The notes below the pieces were generated by a model. That model was given only the letters and a program-made list of their open reading frames with translations. It was not told the DNA's origin and did not search any database. Of a stretch of DNA of 64,000 nt, positions 1-12,455 are shown one piece after another. Every line of letters starts with the position of its first letter. Within the stretch, counting starts at the first letter, position 1. Origin of the DNA: Dendrobates tinctorius (lineage: Eukaryota); contig NW_027361727.1 in the NCBI RefSeq assembly GCF_039654945.1, positions 26,412,001 to 26,476,000 on the forward strand, given 5' to 3'. A program made the translations under genes and the position numbers.

Positions 1-2
1 TC

Positions 3-1031
3 ATGCAAACTTTGACGCACCTTAAGGAGCAGGCGTCTGCAGCCAATGTTGATGAGGAGGAAGAGGAGGAGGGAATCCTTGATGACATTCAGCCATTGTT
101 TGCTCAGGGACCTCTCCTGGACGAGGTGGAGGAAGAAGAGGAGGAGGAGGAGGATGATGGGGATGATTACTTAGGGGAGGAGGATGCATCTCGTGGGGCA
201 AGTGAAAATGTTGGCGTGGCAAGGTCTGGTACAGGGTTTGTGCGTGACTGGAGGGATGTGGATTTGCCAGAAAGTGCTCCTCCACCCAGCACTCGCAGTG
301 CATCATTGACACCGGGAACATTGGCCCACATGTCAGATTATGCCTTGCGGATCCTAAAAAGGGACCCCCGCATTGCCAAAATGATGAACGATGACGACTA
401 CTGGTTGGCCAGCATCCTGGATCCACGCTATAAAGGCAAATTACAAAACATCATGCCACAGGAGAACCTTGACCTAATATTGGCTAATAAACAAGCAACT
501 CTGGTAAATCAGTTGCTTGAGGCATTCCCAGCACACAGCAGCGGTGATGGTTCTCACACGAGCCGTACGGGCCGGGGGCAGCTTGGCAGAGGTGTTCGTG
601 GTGCACACAGCAGAAGTGGCGTTGGAGACAGGGGTTTCATGACAATGTTGTGGACTGATTTTTCAAATACCGCTCACACAACTGGTAATACTGCATCGAT
701 GGAAAGTGACAGGAGACAGCAGTTGTCAACTATGGTTACAAACTACTTTTCCTCCCATATCGATGTTCTCCCACACAGGTCATTCCCCTTTGACTATTGG
801 GCCGCTAAACTGGACACCTGGCCTGAATTGGCCCAATATGCCTTACAGGAGCTCGCTTGCCCAGCTGCAAGTGTGCTATCGGAAAGAGTCTTCAGTGCAG
901 CTGGATCAATCCTGACGACAGAAAAAAGGACCCGTCTGTCAACCCAAAATGTGGATGATCTAACCTTCATTAAAATGAACCACGCATGGGTTTCCAAGGA
1001 TTTTGTCCCACCTTCCCCTGATGACACATAG
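3..1031 (+). CDS. hAT (ZBED-like) transposase, C-terminal fragment including the hAT dimerization domain; ORF open to the window edge
   Basis: Motifs ASILDPRYK and FDYWAAKLDTWPELAQYALQELACPAASVLSERVFSAAG...KRTRLSTQNVDDLTFIKMN, including the catalytic E of SERVFS. Confidence 0.92.
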   Translation: MQTLTHLKEQASAANVDEEEEEEGILDDIQPLFAQGPLLDEVEEEEEEEEDDGDDYLGEEDASRGASENVGVARSGTGFVRDWRDVDLPESAPPPSTRSASLTPGTLAHMSDYALRILKRDPRIAKMMNDDDYWLASILDPRYKGKLQNIMPQENLDLILANKQATLVNQLLEAFPAHSSGDGSHTSRTGRGQLGRGVRGAHSRSGVGDRGFMTMLWTDFSNTAHTTGNTASMESDRRQQLSTMVTNYFSSHIDVLPHRSFPFDYWAAKLDTWPELAQYALQELACPAASVLSERVFSAAGSILTTEKRTRLSTQNVDDLTFIKMNHAWVSKDFVPPSPDDT

Positions 1032-1240
1032 GGTGACAGAAAAATGGCTTGCTTTGGTCCACCTCTTCCTGGTACTTCACCTATTTCGCCTTTTGCATCA
1101 GCTGAATGTCCAACATCAACATATGCCACTTTCTAAAACTCCCTAACTGTGCTGCCTCCCCCCCCATGGCCGGGGTCACCACCTACCGCATGACACCGTG
1201 CGAGTGCCGTTGCCCTGGACAGGTGGGTAGGCTGACTCTT

Positions 1241-1362
1241 GGGCGCGGGCACTGGCACAGGGTCCCTCATAGCGCAATCAAGTGTCTCTGACGGTGGTGG
1301 TGCACACCCGCCGTCAGACACACCGCTGTACTATGAGGGGCCGAGTGCCAGTACCGACGCCC
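1241..1362. other. GC-rich ~120-bp imperfect palindrome downstream of the transposase stop
   Basis: Arms pair as gggcg/cgccc, gcactggcac/gtgccagtac, ccctcatag/ctatgaggg and gtgtctctgacgg/ccgtcagacacac. Confidence 0.75.
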
Positions 1363-1450
1363 ACGAGTGGGCCCCCCTTGCTTGGGCAGGGCCCCAGCAT
1401 TTGCAATCTTTACCTCTCCCTGCTCCTCCGCTGTGTAATCTGGGCCGTCA

Positions 1451-3076
1451 AATCCATACTGTGCCTGACACCGTCTGAGCCTGCCTCCTGAGACATATAT
1501 TTTGAATGTGTACGCTATCCATACATGTTATCCGGGGATACGGTACCCTTTCTAACCTTTGTGCAATCACGTGCAATCCATACTGGGCCTAACACCGTCT
1601 GAGCCTGCCTCCTGAGACATATATTTTGAATGTGTACGCTATCCATACATGTTATCCGGGGATACGGTACCCTTTCTAACCTTTGTGCAATCACGTGCAA
1701 TCCATACTGTGCCTTACACCGTCTGAGCCTGCCTCCTGAGACATATATTTTGAATGTGTACGCTATCCATACATGTTATCCAGGGATACGGTACCCTTTC
1801 TAACCTTTGTGCAATCACGTGCAATCCATACTGGACCTGACACCGTCTGAGCCTGCCTCCTGAGACATATATTTTGAATGTGTACGCTATCCATACATGT
1901 TATCCAGGGATACGGTACCCTTTCTAACCTTTGTGCAATCACGTGCAATCCATACTGGGCCTAACACCGTCTGAGCCTGCCTCCTGAGACATATATTTTG
2001 AGTGTGTACGCTATCCATACATGTTATCCAGGGATACGATACCCTTTCTAACCTTTGTGCAATCACGTGCAATCCATACTGGGCCTGACACCGTCTGAGC
2101 CTTCCTCCTGAGACATATATTTTGAATGTGTACGCTATCCATACATGTTATCCAGGGATACGATACCCTTTCTAACCTTTGTGCAATCACGTGCAATCCA
2201 TACTGGGCCTAACACCGTCTGAGCCTGCCTCCTGAGACATATATTTTGAGTGTGTACGCTATCCATACATGTTATCCAGGGATACGGTACCCTTTGTAAC
2301 CTTTGTGCAATCACGTGCAATCCATACTGGGCCTAACACCGTCTGAGCCTGCCTCCTGAGACATATATTTTGAATGTGTACGCTATCCATACATGTTATC
2401 CGGGGATACGGTACCCTTTCTAACCTTTGTGCAATCACGTGCAATCCATACTGGGCCTAACACCGTCTGAGCCTGCCTCCTGAGACATATATTTTGAATG
2501 TGTACGCTATCCATACATGTTATCCGGGGATACGGTACCCTTTCTAACCTTTGTGCAATCACGTGCAATCCATACTGTGCCTGACACCGTCTGAGCCTGC
2601 CTCCTGAGACATATATTTTGAATGTGTACGCTATCCATACATGTTATCCAGGGATACGGTACCCTTTCTAACCTTTGTGCAATCACGTGCAATCCATACT
2701 GGGCCTAACACCGTCTGAGCCTGCCTCCTGAGACATATATTTTGAATGTGTACGCTATCCATACATGTTATCCGGGGATACGGTACCCTTTCTAACCTTT
2801 GTGCAATCACGTGCAATCCATACTGGGCCTAACACCGTCTGAGCCTGCCTCCTGAGACATATATTTTGAATGTGTACGCTATCCATACATGTTATCCGGG
2901 GATACGGTACCCTTTCTAACCTTTGTGCAATCACGTGCAATCCATACTGTGCCTGACACCGTCTGAGCCTGCCTCCTGAGACATATATTTTGAATGCGTA
3001 CGCTATCCATACATGTTATCCAGGGATACGGTACCCTTTCTAACCTTTGTGCAATCACGTGCAATCCATACTGGGC
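1451..3076. repeat. 124-bp tandem repeat (~13 copies) internal to the hAT element
   Basis: Unit aatccatactgggcctaacaccgtctgagcctgcctcctgagacatatattttg...gtgcaatcacgtgc recurs with an exact 124-bp period and few substitutions. Confidence 0.97.
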
Positions 3077-3921
3077 GTGAGAACGGCTGGCGAGCTGTTA
3101 AGCAAGCTACAGCACCTGTCCAGACAAGTACAGGGATTCCCTAGCGAGGAGACTTATTTGATTGTTTTCAATGTTGGGACAGCAATTTTTGGGGAGCACT
3201 ATACTCTGGAGAATGATAGATGGGGCCCACCATACACTGGAACATTCCAAAGGTGGACATCAGACACTGGAGCAGCATTTACAGGGCCCATTATACACTA
3301 GAGCATTAGAAATGGGGCCCATTATGTTTGGAGCATTATTTGGGCCCATAAGACAGTGGAGCTTCATCCATGGGGACCAACATATACTGTAGCATTATGT
3401 GGAGCTCATCATATACTGTTTCAAACATTATATGGGACCAATGATTCTGTATGGAGAAATAGATGGGCCTTGTCATGAGATGTAAAAAGTGAGGTATTTT
3501 TCATTGTACTATACCGCTATTTATCTGCCGTATCGGAGCATGATGAGTTGTGGTATGTGTTAAAGGGGCGCTCTTTCGCCCATGGCACATGAAAACCTGC
3601 AGCCAGCCCTCCCCCCCACAACTTTAGCCAAATAACCCCCATTTTTCAGTGAGTAACTTGTATTATGAAGTTAATTAAGGTTGACAAGCTTAAGTAAGAA
3701 GAATTGATGCTTTTGGCATTCAAATGGGCACTGTAGGTGTGTTTCCTGTCCTCCTCTCACTGCCGACTTTTATTCCCCATTGACTTACATTGGGTTTCGT
3801 GTTTCGGGACGACCCCGACTTTTCCCTATAATCGGACGATCTTGCTCGACCCGACTTTTGGAAAAGTCGGGTTTCACGAAACGAAACGCGACCCTAAAAA
3901 AACAAAAGTCGCTCAACTCTA

Positions 3922-4797
3922 CGGTTCAGAGTCCATTACCATTGACGGTTCAGAGTCCATTATTACTGCAGTGTGATCTCTGTTCACTGACATGGAAAGC
4001 TCAGAGTCCATTATAATGTTTGTATCTGTTGCAGACATACATTCACTAGCACCAGTGAGCGGGGTCTCACACACAGCACTGAGCGGGGTCTCGCACACAG
4101 TGACAGTACAGGGGACATTTACTTCATCACTTACAGGAGCTGAGCTCCATTCATTGCTGCACACAGAGTCCACTGCGGTTAACCCCTCGGTTGCTGACAC
4201 ACTTTCCTCTGTAGCGCTCACAGCATTGTCTGCTGCCTCAGACCCCTCACATTGTGCGGCTGATATAAGTGCTGCATTTCTTACCAGACATCCTTGCCCC
4301 ACACTGTGCACAATTTCAGATTTAATGTCCTTATTACTAATGGAGTGTTTTCTATTCTCCTTCTGGGCTCTGGCTCCCCTCTTTTTCTCCATAGCCCAAG
4401 TTTCCTTTCTGGGCACAGAGTTCACATCTATGTCCAGGTTTCCTTTCCGAATGTCCAGCTCTCGTCTGCAAACATCCAGGCTCTCACATTTCATCAGTTT
4501 TATCTTTGGATTAGTCTCATTCTTAATTTCATCTTGTAATTTGCTGATTTGCATTTCCAGCTTAAAAATGCTTTGCCTTGTAACTTTACCACTCAATCCA
4601 GCAACATAACAAGCAGGTTTAGAAGACTGACCAGCCACCATTTCCAGCTTTCCATTACCATCAGGTCCATGCGGCAGGCCACACTCCAGGCTAGGGGCTT
4701 TCCCTGGATCATTAGCCCAGCTTCCCTCCCCTCCAACTGGGTCAGAAGCCATGCCTCCGCCCTGCTGGGAGCTCACAAACACACGTCTATCCTCTCC
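3922..4797 (-). mobile_element. 5' portion of a Tx1-like non-LTR retrotransposon (ORF1 N-terminus, ATG at 4752), truncated by the hAT insertion
   Basis: Uninterrupted ~277-aa frame with a predicted coiled coil and Ser/Glu-rich repeats, cut exactly at the hAT TIR. Its 5' end GAGAGGATAGACGTGTGTTTGTGAGCTC and N-terminus MASDPVGGEGSWANDPGKA resemble those of the element at 9421 (GAGAGGTTGTGTGTTTGTAGCTC; MSGASPGGGHPGRGNSPSKA). The diagnostic zinc-knuckle domain is not in the window. Confidence 0.6.
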
Positions 4798-7700
4798 TAT
4801 GGACAAGAATATAACTACTATAATACTGCTCCTACGTCCAAGAATATAACTACTATAATATTGCTCCTATGTACAAGAATATAGCTACTATAATACTGCT
4901 CCTATGTACAAGAATATAACTACTATAATACTGCCCCTATGTACAAGAATATAACTACTATAATACTGCTCCTATGTACAAGAATATAACTACTATAATA
5001 CTGCCCCTATGTACAAGAATATAACTACTATAATACTGCTCCTATGTACAAGAATATAACTACTATAATACTGCTCCTACGTCCAAGAATATAACTACTA
5101 TAATATTGCTCCTATGTACAAGAATATAGCTACTATAATACTGCCCCTATGTACAAGAATATAACTACTATAATACTGCTCCTATGTACAAGAATATAAC
5201 TACTATAATACTGCTCCTATGTACAAGAATATAACTACTATAATACTGCTCCTACGTCCAAGAATATAACTACTATAATATTGCTCCTATGTACAAGAAT
5301 ATAGCTACTATAATACTGCCCCCTATGTACAAGAATATAACTACTATAATACTGCCCCTATGTACAAGAATATAACTACTATAATACTGCCTCCTATGTA
5401 CAAGCATATAACTACTATAATACTGCCCCTATGTACAAGAAGATAATTACTATAATACTGCCCCTATGTACAAGACTATCACTACTATAATACTGCCCCT
5501 ATGTACAAGAATATAACTACTATAATACTGCTCCTATGTACAAGAATATAACTACTATAATACTGCCCCTATGTACAAGAATATAACTACTATAATACTG
5601 CTCCTATGTACAAGAATATAACTACTATAATACTGCCCCTATGTACAAGAATATAACTACTATAATACTGCTCCTATGTACAAGAATATAACTACTATAA
5701 TACTGCTCCTACGTCCAAGAATATAACTACTATAATATTGCTCCTATGTACAAGAATATAGCTACTATAATACTGCCCCTATGTACAAGAATATAACTAC
5801 TATAATACTGCTCCTATGTACAAGAATATAACTACTATAATACTGCTCCTATGTACAAGAATATAACTACTATAATACTGCTCCTACGTCCAAGAATATA
5901 ACTACTATAATATTGCTCCTATGTACAAGAATATAGCTACTATAATACTGCCCCCTATGTACAAGAATATAACTACTATAATACTGCCCCTATGTACAAG
6001 AATATAACTACTCTAATACTGCCTCCTATGTACAAGCATATAACTACTATAATACTGCCCCTATGTACAAGAAGATAATTACTATAATACTGCCCCTATG
6101 TACAAGACTATCACTACTATAATACTGCCCCTATGTACAAGACTATCACTACTATAATACTGCTCCTATGTACAAGAATATAACTACTATAATACTGCTC
6201 CTATGTACAAGAATATAACTATTATAATACTGCTCCTATGTACAAGACTATAATTACTATAATACTGCCCCTATGTACAAGAATATAACTACTATAATAC
6301 TGCTCCTATGTAAAAGAATATAACTACTATAATACTGCTCCTATGTACAAGAATATAACTATTATAATACTGCTCCTATGTACAAGACTATAACTACTAT
6401 AATGCTGCCCCTATGTACAAGAAGATAATTACTATAATACTGCCCCCTATGTACAAGAATATAACTACTATAATATTGCCCCCTATGTACAAGAATATAA
6501 CTACTATAATACTGCCCCTATGTACAAGAATATAACTACTATAATACTGCCCCCTATGTACAAGAATATAACTACTATAATACTACCCCTATGTACAAGA
6601 ATATAACTACTATAATACTGCTCCTATGTACAAGAATATAACTACTATAATACTGCTCCTATGTACAAGAATATAACTACTATAATACTGCTCCTATGTA
6701 CAAGAATATAACTACTATAATACTGCTCCTACGTCCAAGAATATAACTACTATAATATTGCTCCTATGTACAAGAATATAGCTACTATAATACTGCCCCC
6801 TATGTACAAGAATATAACTACTATAATACTGCCCCTATGTACAAGAATATAACTACTATAATACTGCCTCCTATGTACAAGCATATAACTACTATAATAC
6901 TGCCCCTATGTACAAGAAGATAATTACTATAATACTGCTCCTATGTAAAAGAATATAACTATTATAATACTGCTCCTATGTACAAGACTATAACTACTAT
7001 AATACTGCCCCTATGTACAAGAATATAACTACTATAATACTGCTCCTATGTATAAGACTATAACTACTATAATAAAGCCCCTATATACAAGAATATAACT
7101 ATTATAATACTGCTCCTATGTACAAGACTATAACTACTATAATACTGCCCACTATATACAAGAATATAACTAAAATAATACTGCTCCTATGTACAAGAAT
7201 ATAACTACTATAATACTGCCACTATGTACAAGAATATAACTACTATAATACTGCTCCTATGTACAAGAATATAACTACTATAATACTTCCCCTATGTACA
7301 TGAATATAACTACTATAATACTGTTCCTATGTAAAAGAATATAACTACTATAATTCTGCCCACTATGTATAAGACTATAACTACTATAATAATGCCCCTA
7401 TATACAAGAATATAACTACTGTAATACTGCCCCTATGTACAAGAATATAACTACTATAATACTGCCCACTATGTACAAGAATATAACTACTATAATACTG
7501 CCCACTATGTACAAGAATATAACAACTATAATACTGCCCCTATGTACATGAATATAACTACGATAATACTGCTCCTTTGTACAAGAACATAACTACTATA
7601 ATACTGCCCACTATGTATAAGAATATAACTACTATAATACTGCCCCTATATACAAGAATATAACTACTATAATACCGCTCCTATGTAGAAGAATATAACT

Positions 7701-9420
7701 ACTATAATACTGCCCCTATGTACAAGAATATAACTACTAAAATACTGCCCACTATGTACAAGATTATAACTACTATAATACTGCCCCTATGTACATGAAT
7801 ATAACTACTATAATACTGCTCCTATATACAAGAATATAACTACTATAATACTGCTCCCTATGTACAAGAATATAACGACTGTAATACTGCCCACTATGTA
7901 TAAGAATATAACTACTATAATACTGCCCCTATATACAAGAATATAACTACTATAATACTGCTCCCTAAGTACAAGAATATAACTACTATAATACTGCTCC
8001 CTATGTACAAGAATTTAACTACTATAATACTGCCCACTATGTATTAGAATATAACTACTATAATACTGCCCCTATGTACATGAATATAACTACGATAATA
8101 TTGCTCCTATGTACAAGAATATAACTACTATAATACTGCTCCCTATGTGCAAGAATATAACGACTGTAATACTGCCCACTATGTATAAGAATATAACTGC
8201 TATAATACTGCCCCTGGATGCAAGTATATAACTACTATAATACTGTCCCTATGTACAAGAATATAACTACTATAATACTTCTCCCTATGTACAAGAATAT
8301 AACTACTATAATATTGCCCACTATGTATAAGAATATAACTACTATAATACTGCCCCTATATGCAAGAATATAACTACTATAATACTGCCCCTATATACAA
8401 GAATATAACTACTATAATACTGCCCCTATATACAAGGATATAACTACTATAATACTGCCCACTATGTACAAGAATTTAACTACTATAATACTGCTCCCTA
8501 TGTACAAGAATATAACGACTGTAATACTGCCCACTATGTATAAGAATATAACTACTATAATACTGCCCCTATATACAACAATATAACTACTATAATACTG
8601 CTCCCTAAGTACAAGAATATAACTACTATAATACTGCTCCCTATGTACAAGAATTTAACTACTATAATACTGCCCACTATGTATTAGAATATAACTACTA
8701 TAATACTGCCCCTATGTACATGAATATAACTACGATAATACTGCTCCTATGTACAAGAATATAACTACTATAATACTGCTCCCTATGTGCAAGAATATAA
8801 CGACTGTAATACTGCCCACTATGTATAAGAATATAACTGCTATAATACTGCCCCTGGATGCAAGTATATAACTACTATAATACTGTCCCTATGTACAAGA
8901 ATATAACTACTATAATACTGCTCCCTATGTACAAGAATATAACTACTATAATATTGCCCACTATGTATAAGAATATAACTACTATAATACTGCCCCTATA
9001 TGCAAGAATATAACTACTATAATACTGCCCCTATATACAAGAATATAACTACTATAATACTGCCCCTATATACAAGGATATAACTACTATAATACTGCCC
9101 ACTATGTACAAGAATATAACTACTATAATACTGCCCCTATATACAAGAATATGACTACTATAATACTGCCCTTATGTACAAGAATATAACTACTATAATA
9201 CTGCCCCTATATACAAGAATATAATTACTATAATACTGCTCCAATGTACAAGAATATAACTACTATAATACCGCTCCGATGTAGAAGAATATAACTACTA
9301 TAATACTGCCCCTATGTACAAGAATATAACTACTATAATACTGCCACTATGTACATGAATATAACTACGATAATACTGCTCCTATGTACAAGAATATAAC
9401 TACTATAATACTGCCTCCTA
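4794..9420. repeat. 35/36-bp AT-rich satellite, left array (~130 copies)
   Basis: Unit TATGTACAAGAATATAACTACTATAATACTGC(T/C)CC, with a variable C-rich segment. Confidence 0.98.
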
Positions 9421-12400
9421 GCTGAGAGGTTGTGTGTTTGTAGCTCTCCTGATGTCTGGAGCAAGCCCAGGGGGAGGCCACCCTGGGCGGGGTAACTCCC
9501 CAAGCAAGGCCCAGGCTTCCAGGCCTAGACTTGGAAGTAACGCTCAAGTTGTGTCTAAGGCGGATGCAAGTCCCAAAGTTGTTTCTGAGGGAAAGAAAGC
9601 TCAGAATGGAAGCAGCAGCAGCAAGAAAGATGAAGCTGTGAAAGTGCAAAAAGTAACGGAACAAGGAAAAGCCATGGCTGTGGGTAAGAAAGTTCCGGTT
9701 AAGCAGTCGGCCAGCCAAGGCAAACAGAGTGAAGGACAACTAGGAGAAATCCAGAAGAAATCTACTGGTGAGAAGCTGAATGGAGGAAAGCAGCCTGCAG
9801 CTCAGGAGGTGCCATCACCAACTTCAGGTGTGCAGCTGACTCCCAGCAGACAGAGGAGAACCTCACTGGAGAGACAGACGCTCCAGGAGAACCTGCAGCA
9901 GAAGCATGTGGTGGCCAGCATAGCGAGCTCTGGGCGCACAAGGTCGCAGTCAGGTGGCAGCAGTAAAAGTGCTGTGGAGCCTGGAATCACGAAACCAGCG
10001 GTGGTGAAAGTTAAGGAGACGTCTGGTTTCAAGCATCCAGGGACATTGCTGAAAGCAGGATCCCAGGAGGAGACGCCATGTGCACCCGAGCTTCAGATCG
10101 CAGAGGAGATCCCAGGACTGGTCAAGAGGCTCGGTGAGTTACAGCAGCACAAAGACTTGCTGCAGAAGCAAATAGACATGGGCTATAAGGTAAAGGCTGC
10201 TAATCCTGGTGGAGATCACACCTTTTGTGATCAGACTCTGAACATGCTTGGCATACAGCTGGCAAAAGTGGTGACGGACATGGACTGTGTCCTAGAGAAG
10301 ATGGGGCCCCTGGCAGAGACTTATAGGAGCCAGGAACTGTTTATGTCACACAAGCAGGACTCTGCAGGTTCCAGCTCAGACATTGTCCCAGGTGAGCCCC
10401 AGAAGCCGGTGCGGCCAGTGCTGCAGCCTGCAAGTTTCTGCTTCCAAAAGGGTCAAATACTGCAGCCGCAGCAGCATGTTATGCAGATTCCATCAGGTGT
10501 ACCACAAGTCTCAGAATGCCCAGCACAGCAGCCTGCAGCAGATTCCAAGCAGCAGCATGGACTGCACTTTCCAGCAGAGGGACTACAAGTCTCAGAATGC
10601 CAAGCACAACAGTTGGGCAGTGGACATGTGCCGGTCATTTCTGATGGTGCCCAGCAGGGCCCTGATGCTGGGGATAACCGCACTGTATCTGGGGGGTTGG
10701 GGGCTTGGCACAGTATCTTTGGTGGACGCTGCACAGTCTGATAATGACATTGATGCTGATGATAACAATGTGCATGATAATGTCTGTGATTTCCCCCCTT
10801 TAATTTCAAGCACACAAGGTGTGGCTGCCCCTCCTGCTGCAGACCTTCACCCCGTCAGTCAACCCAATGTGACCCCGCACGGTACCCCCAGTAATGCCTG
10901 GAGTCGTGGTGCTCCGTCCTTTACCTCTGGTACCAACTATACAGGCCAGGCGTTTAAAAGGAGAAACGTGGTGCGTTTCCGGCACAGAGGTGCCAAGGAG
11001 GACCTACCAGACAGGAGATTTGTCGTCAGGGAGCTCTTGTGCCACCAGATGGGGTTTGTGCCAGTCAGCATCCTGGAGTGATTAATCTTCCAGACAGGCA
11101 GGGCTATGATGTCAGCTTTAAGCTCATGTCTGACCTGGACAGATTCTGGTCTAGTTTCCCCAAGTTTAGAGACACGGAGGGCTGGAGTAAGTTCAGCTTT
11201 ATTCCTATCTCTAAGCCAGATACTGTCACCGTAAATGTCATCTTCTGGAATGAGTCTGTTCCCCCGCAGGTGTGGCTCCGGAGGCATTGTGACCTGGTCT
11301 CTGACCTCACCAAAAGCAGAGACAGTGATGGGATCTGGACGGGAGGGTGGCGGGTTTTGGTGAAACTGCGCCAATGCAATAACATCACTGCCCATTTACC
11401 CAACTCCTTCTTTATTGGGAGGGAGAGGGGTGTGTGTTTCTATCCAGGGCAGCCTCGTAAGTGCTTTAAATGTGGCAAGGCAGGTCACCTGGCAATTACC
11501 TGTACTGTGGTGAAGTGCAACCTGTGTGGGGAGGTCGGCCATCTAGCTGCAGACTGCCAGAACATCAGGTGCAACCTCTGTGGGAAGATCGGTCACCCTC
11601 ACAGGGACTGTCCAGACGCCTGGCACAATATCTGTAAGGACTTTCCTGACGAGGACTTGGTGGCAGGGGCAGAGATTCTGGAGGAGGCAGCTTTACTGTC
11701 AGGGGAAATACTGACCAGACCAGAGGTCCACCAGGGGTCTACTCAGCTAACACCAGAGCAGCAGGGTTCAGAGAGAGAACAGGGGAGAATGGAGGTTGTA
11801 CCTCAGGGGCAGCGGTCACAGGAAGGCATTACTTCAGTGCTACCATCTGTGTCTGAAGAGTATAGCAATAATCAGAAAAGGAAGAAAAAGGACAAGGCCT
11901 CCCGTAAACCTGAGGGGTATGACACTGGCCAAGGAGCCGGGAAGAAATTCCAGAGTTCTGCAGGTGTAATGGTCGTATCTAACAGGTTTGATGTTCTGTC
12001 TGAGTCTGACGGCGATTTTGAAGATGACCTTAAGAGAATTGACGCAGAGTGTGATAGGGACGTAGAGGACTGTCCTCCGCCAAAGCGGAAGCCCTTACCT
12101 GAGGGCACTCGGGTAGAGTCTGAGATGGAGACCGGTGGTGAACAGAATAACTCCGACTCAGATCTGTGACGCTGTCAACCAGATAATGTCCAAACTCAGA
12201 TAGGGAAAATCATTAGGAGAAATTAGGAAATGTTAAGATAGAGAAGGATGAGTCACTGGGTAGGAACATGATGAGCTCTGTTTGCAAAGTGTTTTTTTTT
12301 TTTTTTTTTCTCTCCTCAAACTAGGAGTATGGACTCTAAGTTAATTTGATATGTATAAACTGGATATGTAATGAATGTATGTACAATCCTAGTGAATTCA

Positions 12401-12455
12401 GTTTTGTATTATTGGAGGAATGTTATTTGGATTTGTTTGGTTTTTACAATAAAAA
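9421..12455 (+). mobile_element. Tx1-clade non-LTR element, ORF1-only (non-autonomous), inserted in the 35-bp satellite
   Basis: 31-nt 5'UTR, ORF1 from 9452 to 12169, a ~290-nt T-rich 3' region ending in AATAAAAA, and satellite on both sides with overlapping TGC(C/T)CCTA (imperfect TSD). No endonuclease or RT sequence is present. Confidence 0.88.
9452..12169 (+). pseudogene. Tx1-type ORF1 (ZCCHC3-like: coiled coil, RRM-like region, 3 CCHC knuckles) with two frameshifts (~10690-10740 and ~11075)
   Basis: Joined frames give FKRRNVVRF...YDVSF...VIFWNESV...WLRRHCD...DGIWTGGWRVLVKLR...HLPNSFFIGRERGVCFYPGQPRKCFKCGKAGHLAITC..CNLCGEVGHLAADC..CNLCGKIGHPHRDC. This closely resembles the ZCCHC3/Tx1 ORF1 domain (recognised from memory). 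Confidence 0.88.

Larger units (their letters stand above)
1..3921 (+). mobile_element. hAT DNA transposon, 3' part (5' end outside window)
   Basis: Transposase C-terminus at 3..1031. The element ends in CGCTCAACTCTA (3910-3921; reverse complement TAGAGTTGAGCG), matching the TAG(A/G)GATGAGCG TIRs of 8-bp-TSD MITEs elsewhere in the window. Repeated subterminal CCGACTTTT motifs lie at ~3762-3872. Confidence 0.85.

Noticed and set aside
1515-3064. Repeated 61-aa ORFs; CRISPR-like periodicity
   Set aside because: Pure 124-bp tandem repeat with no unique spacers and no cas genes, in a eukaryotic context.
9452-12169. Host ZCCHC3 gene
   Set aside because: Embedded in satellite with retroelement-like ends and frameshifts; better explained as a Tx1 ORF1 copy, so no gene symbol was assigned.
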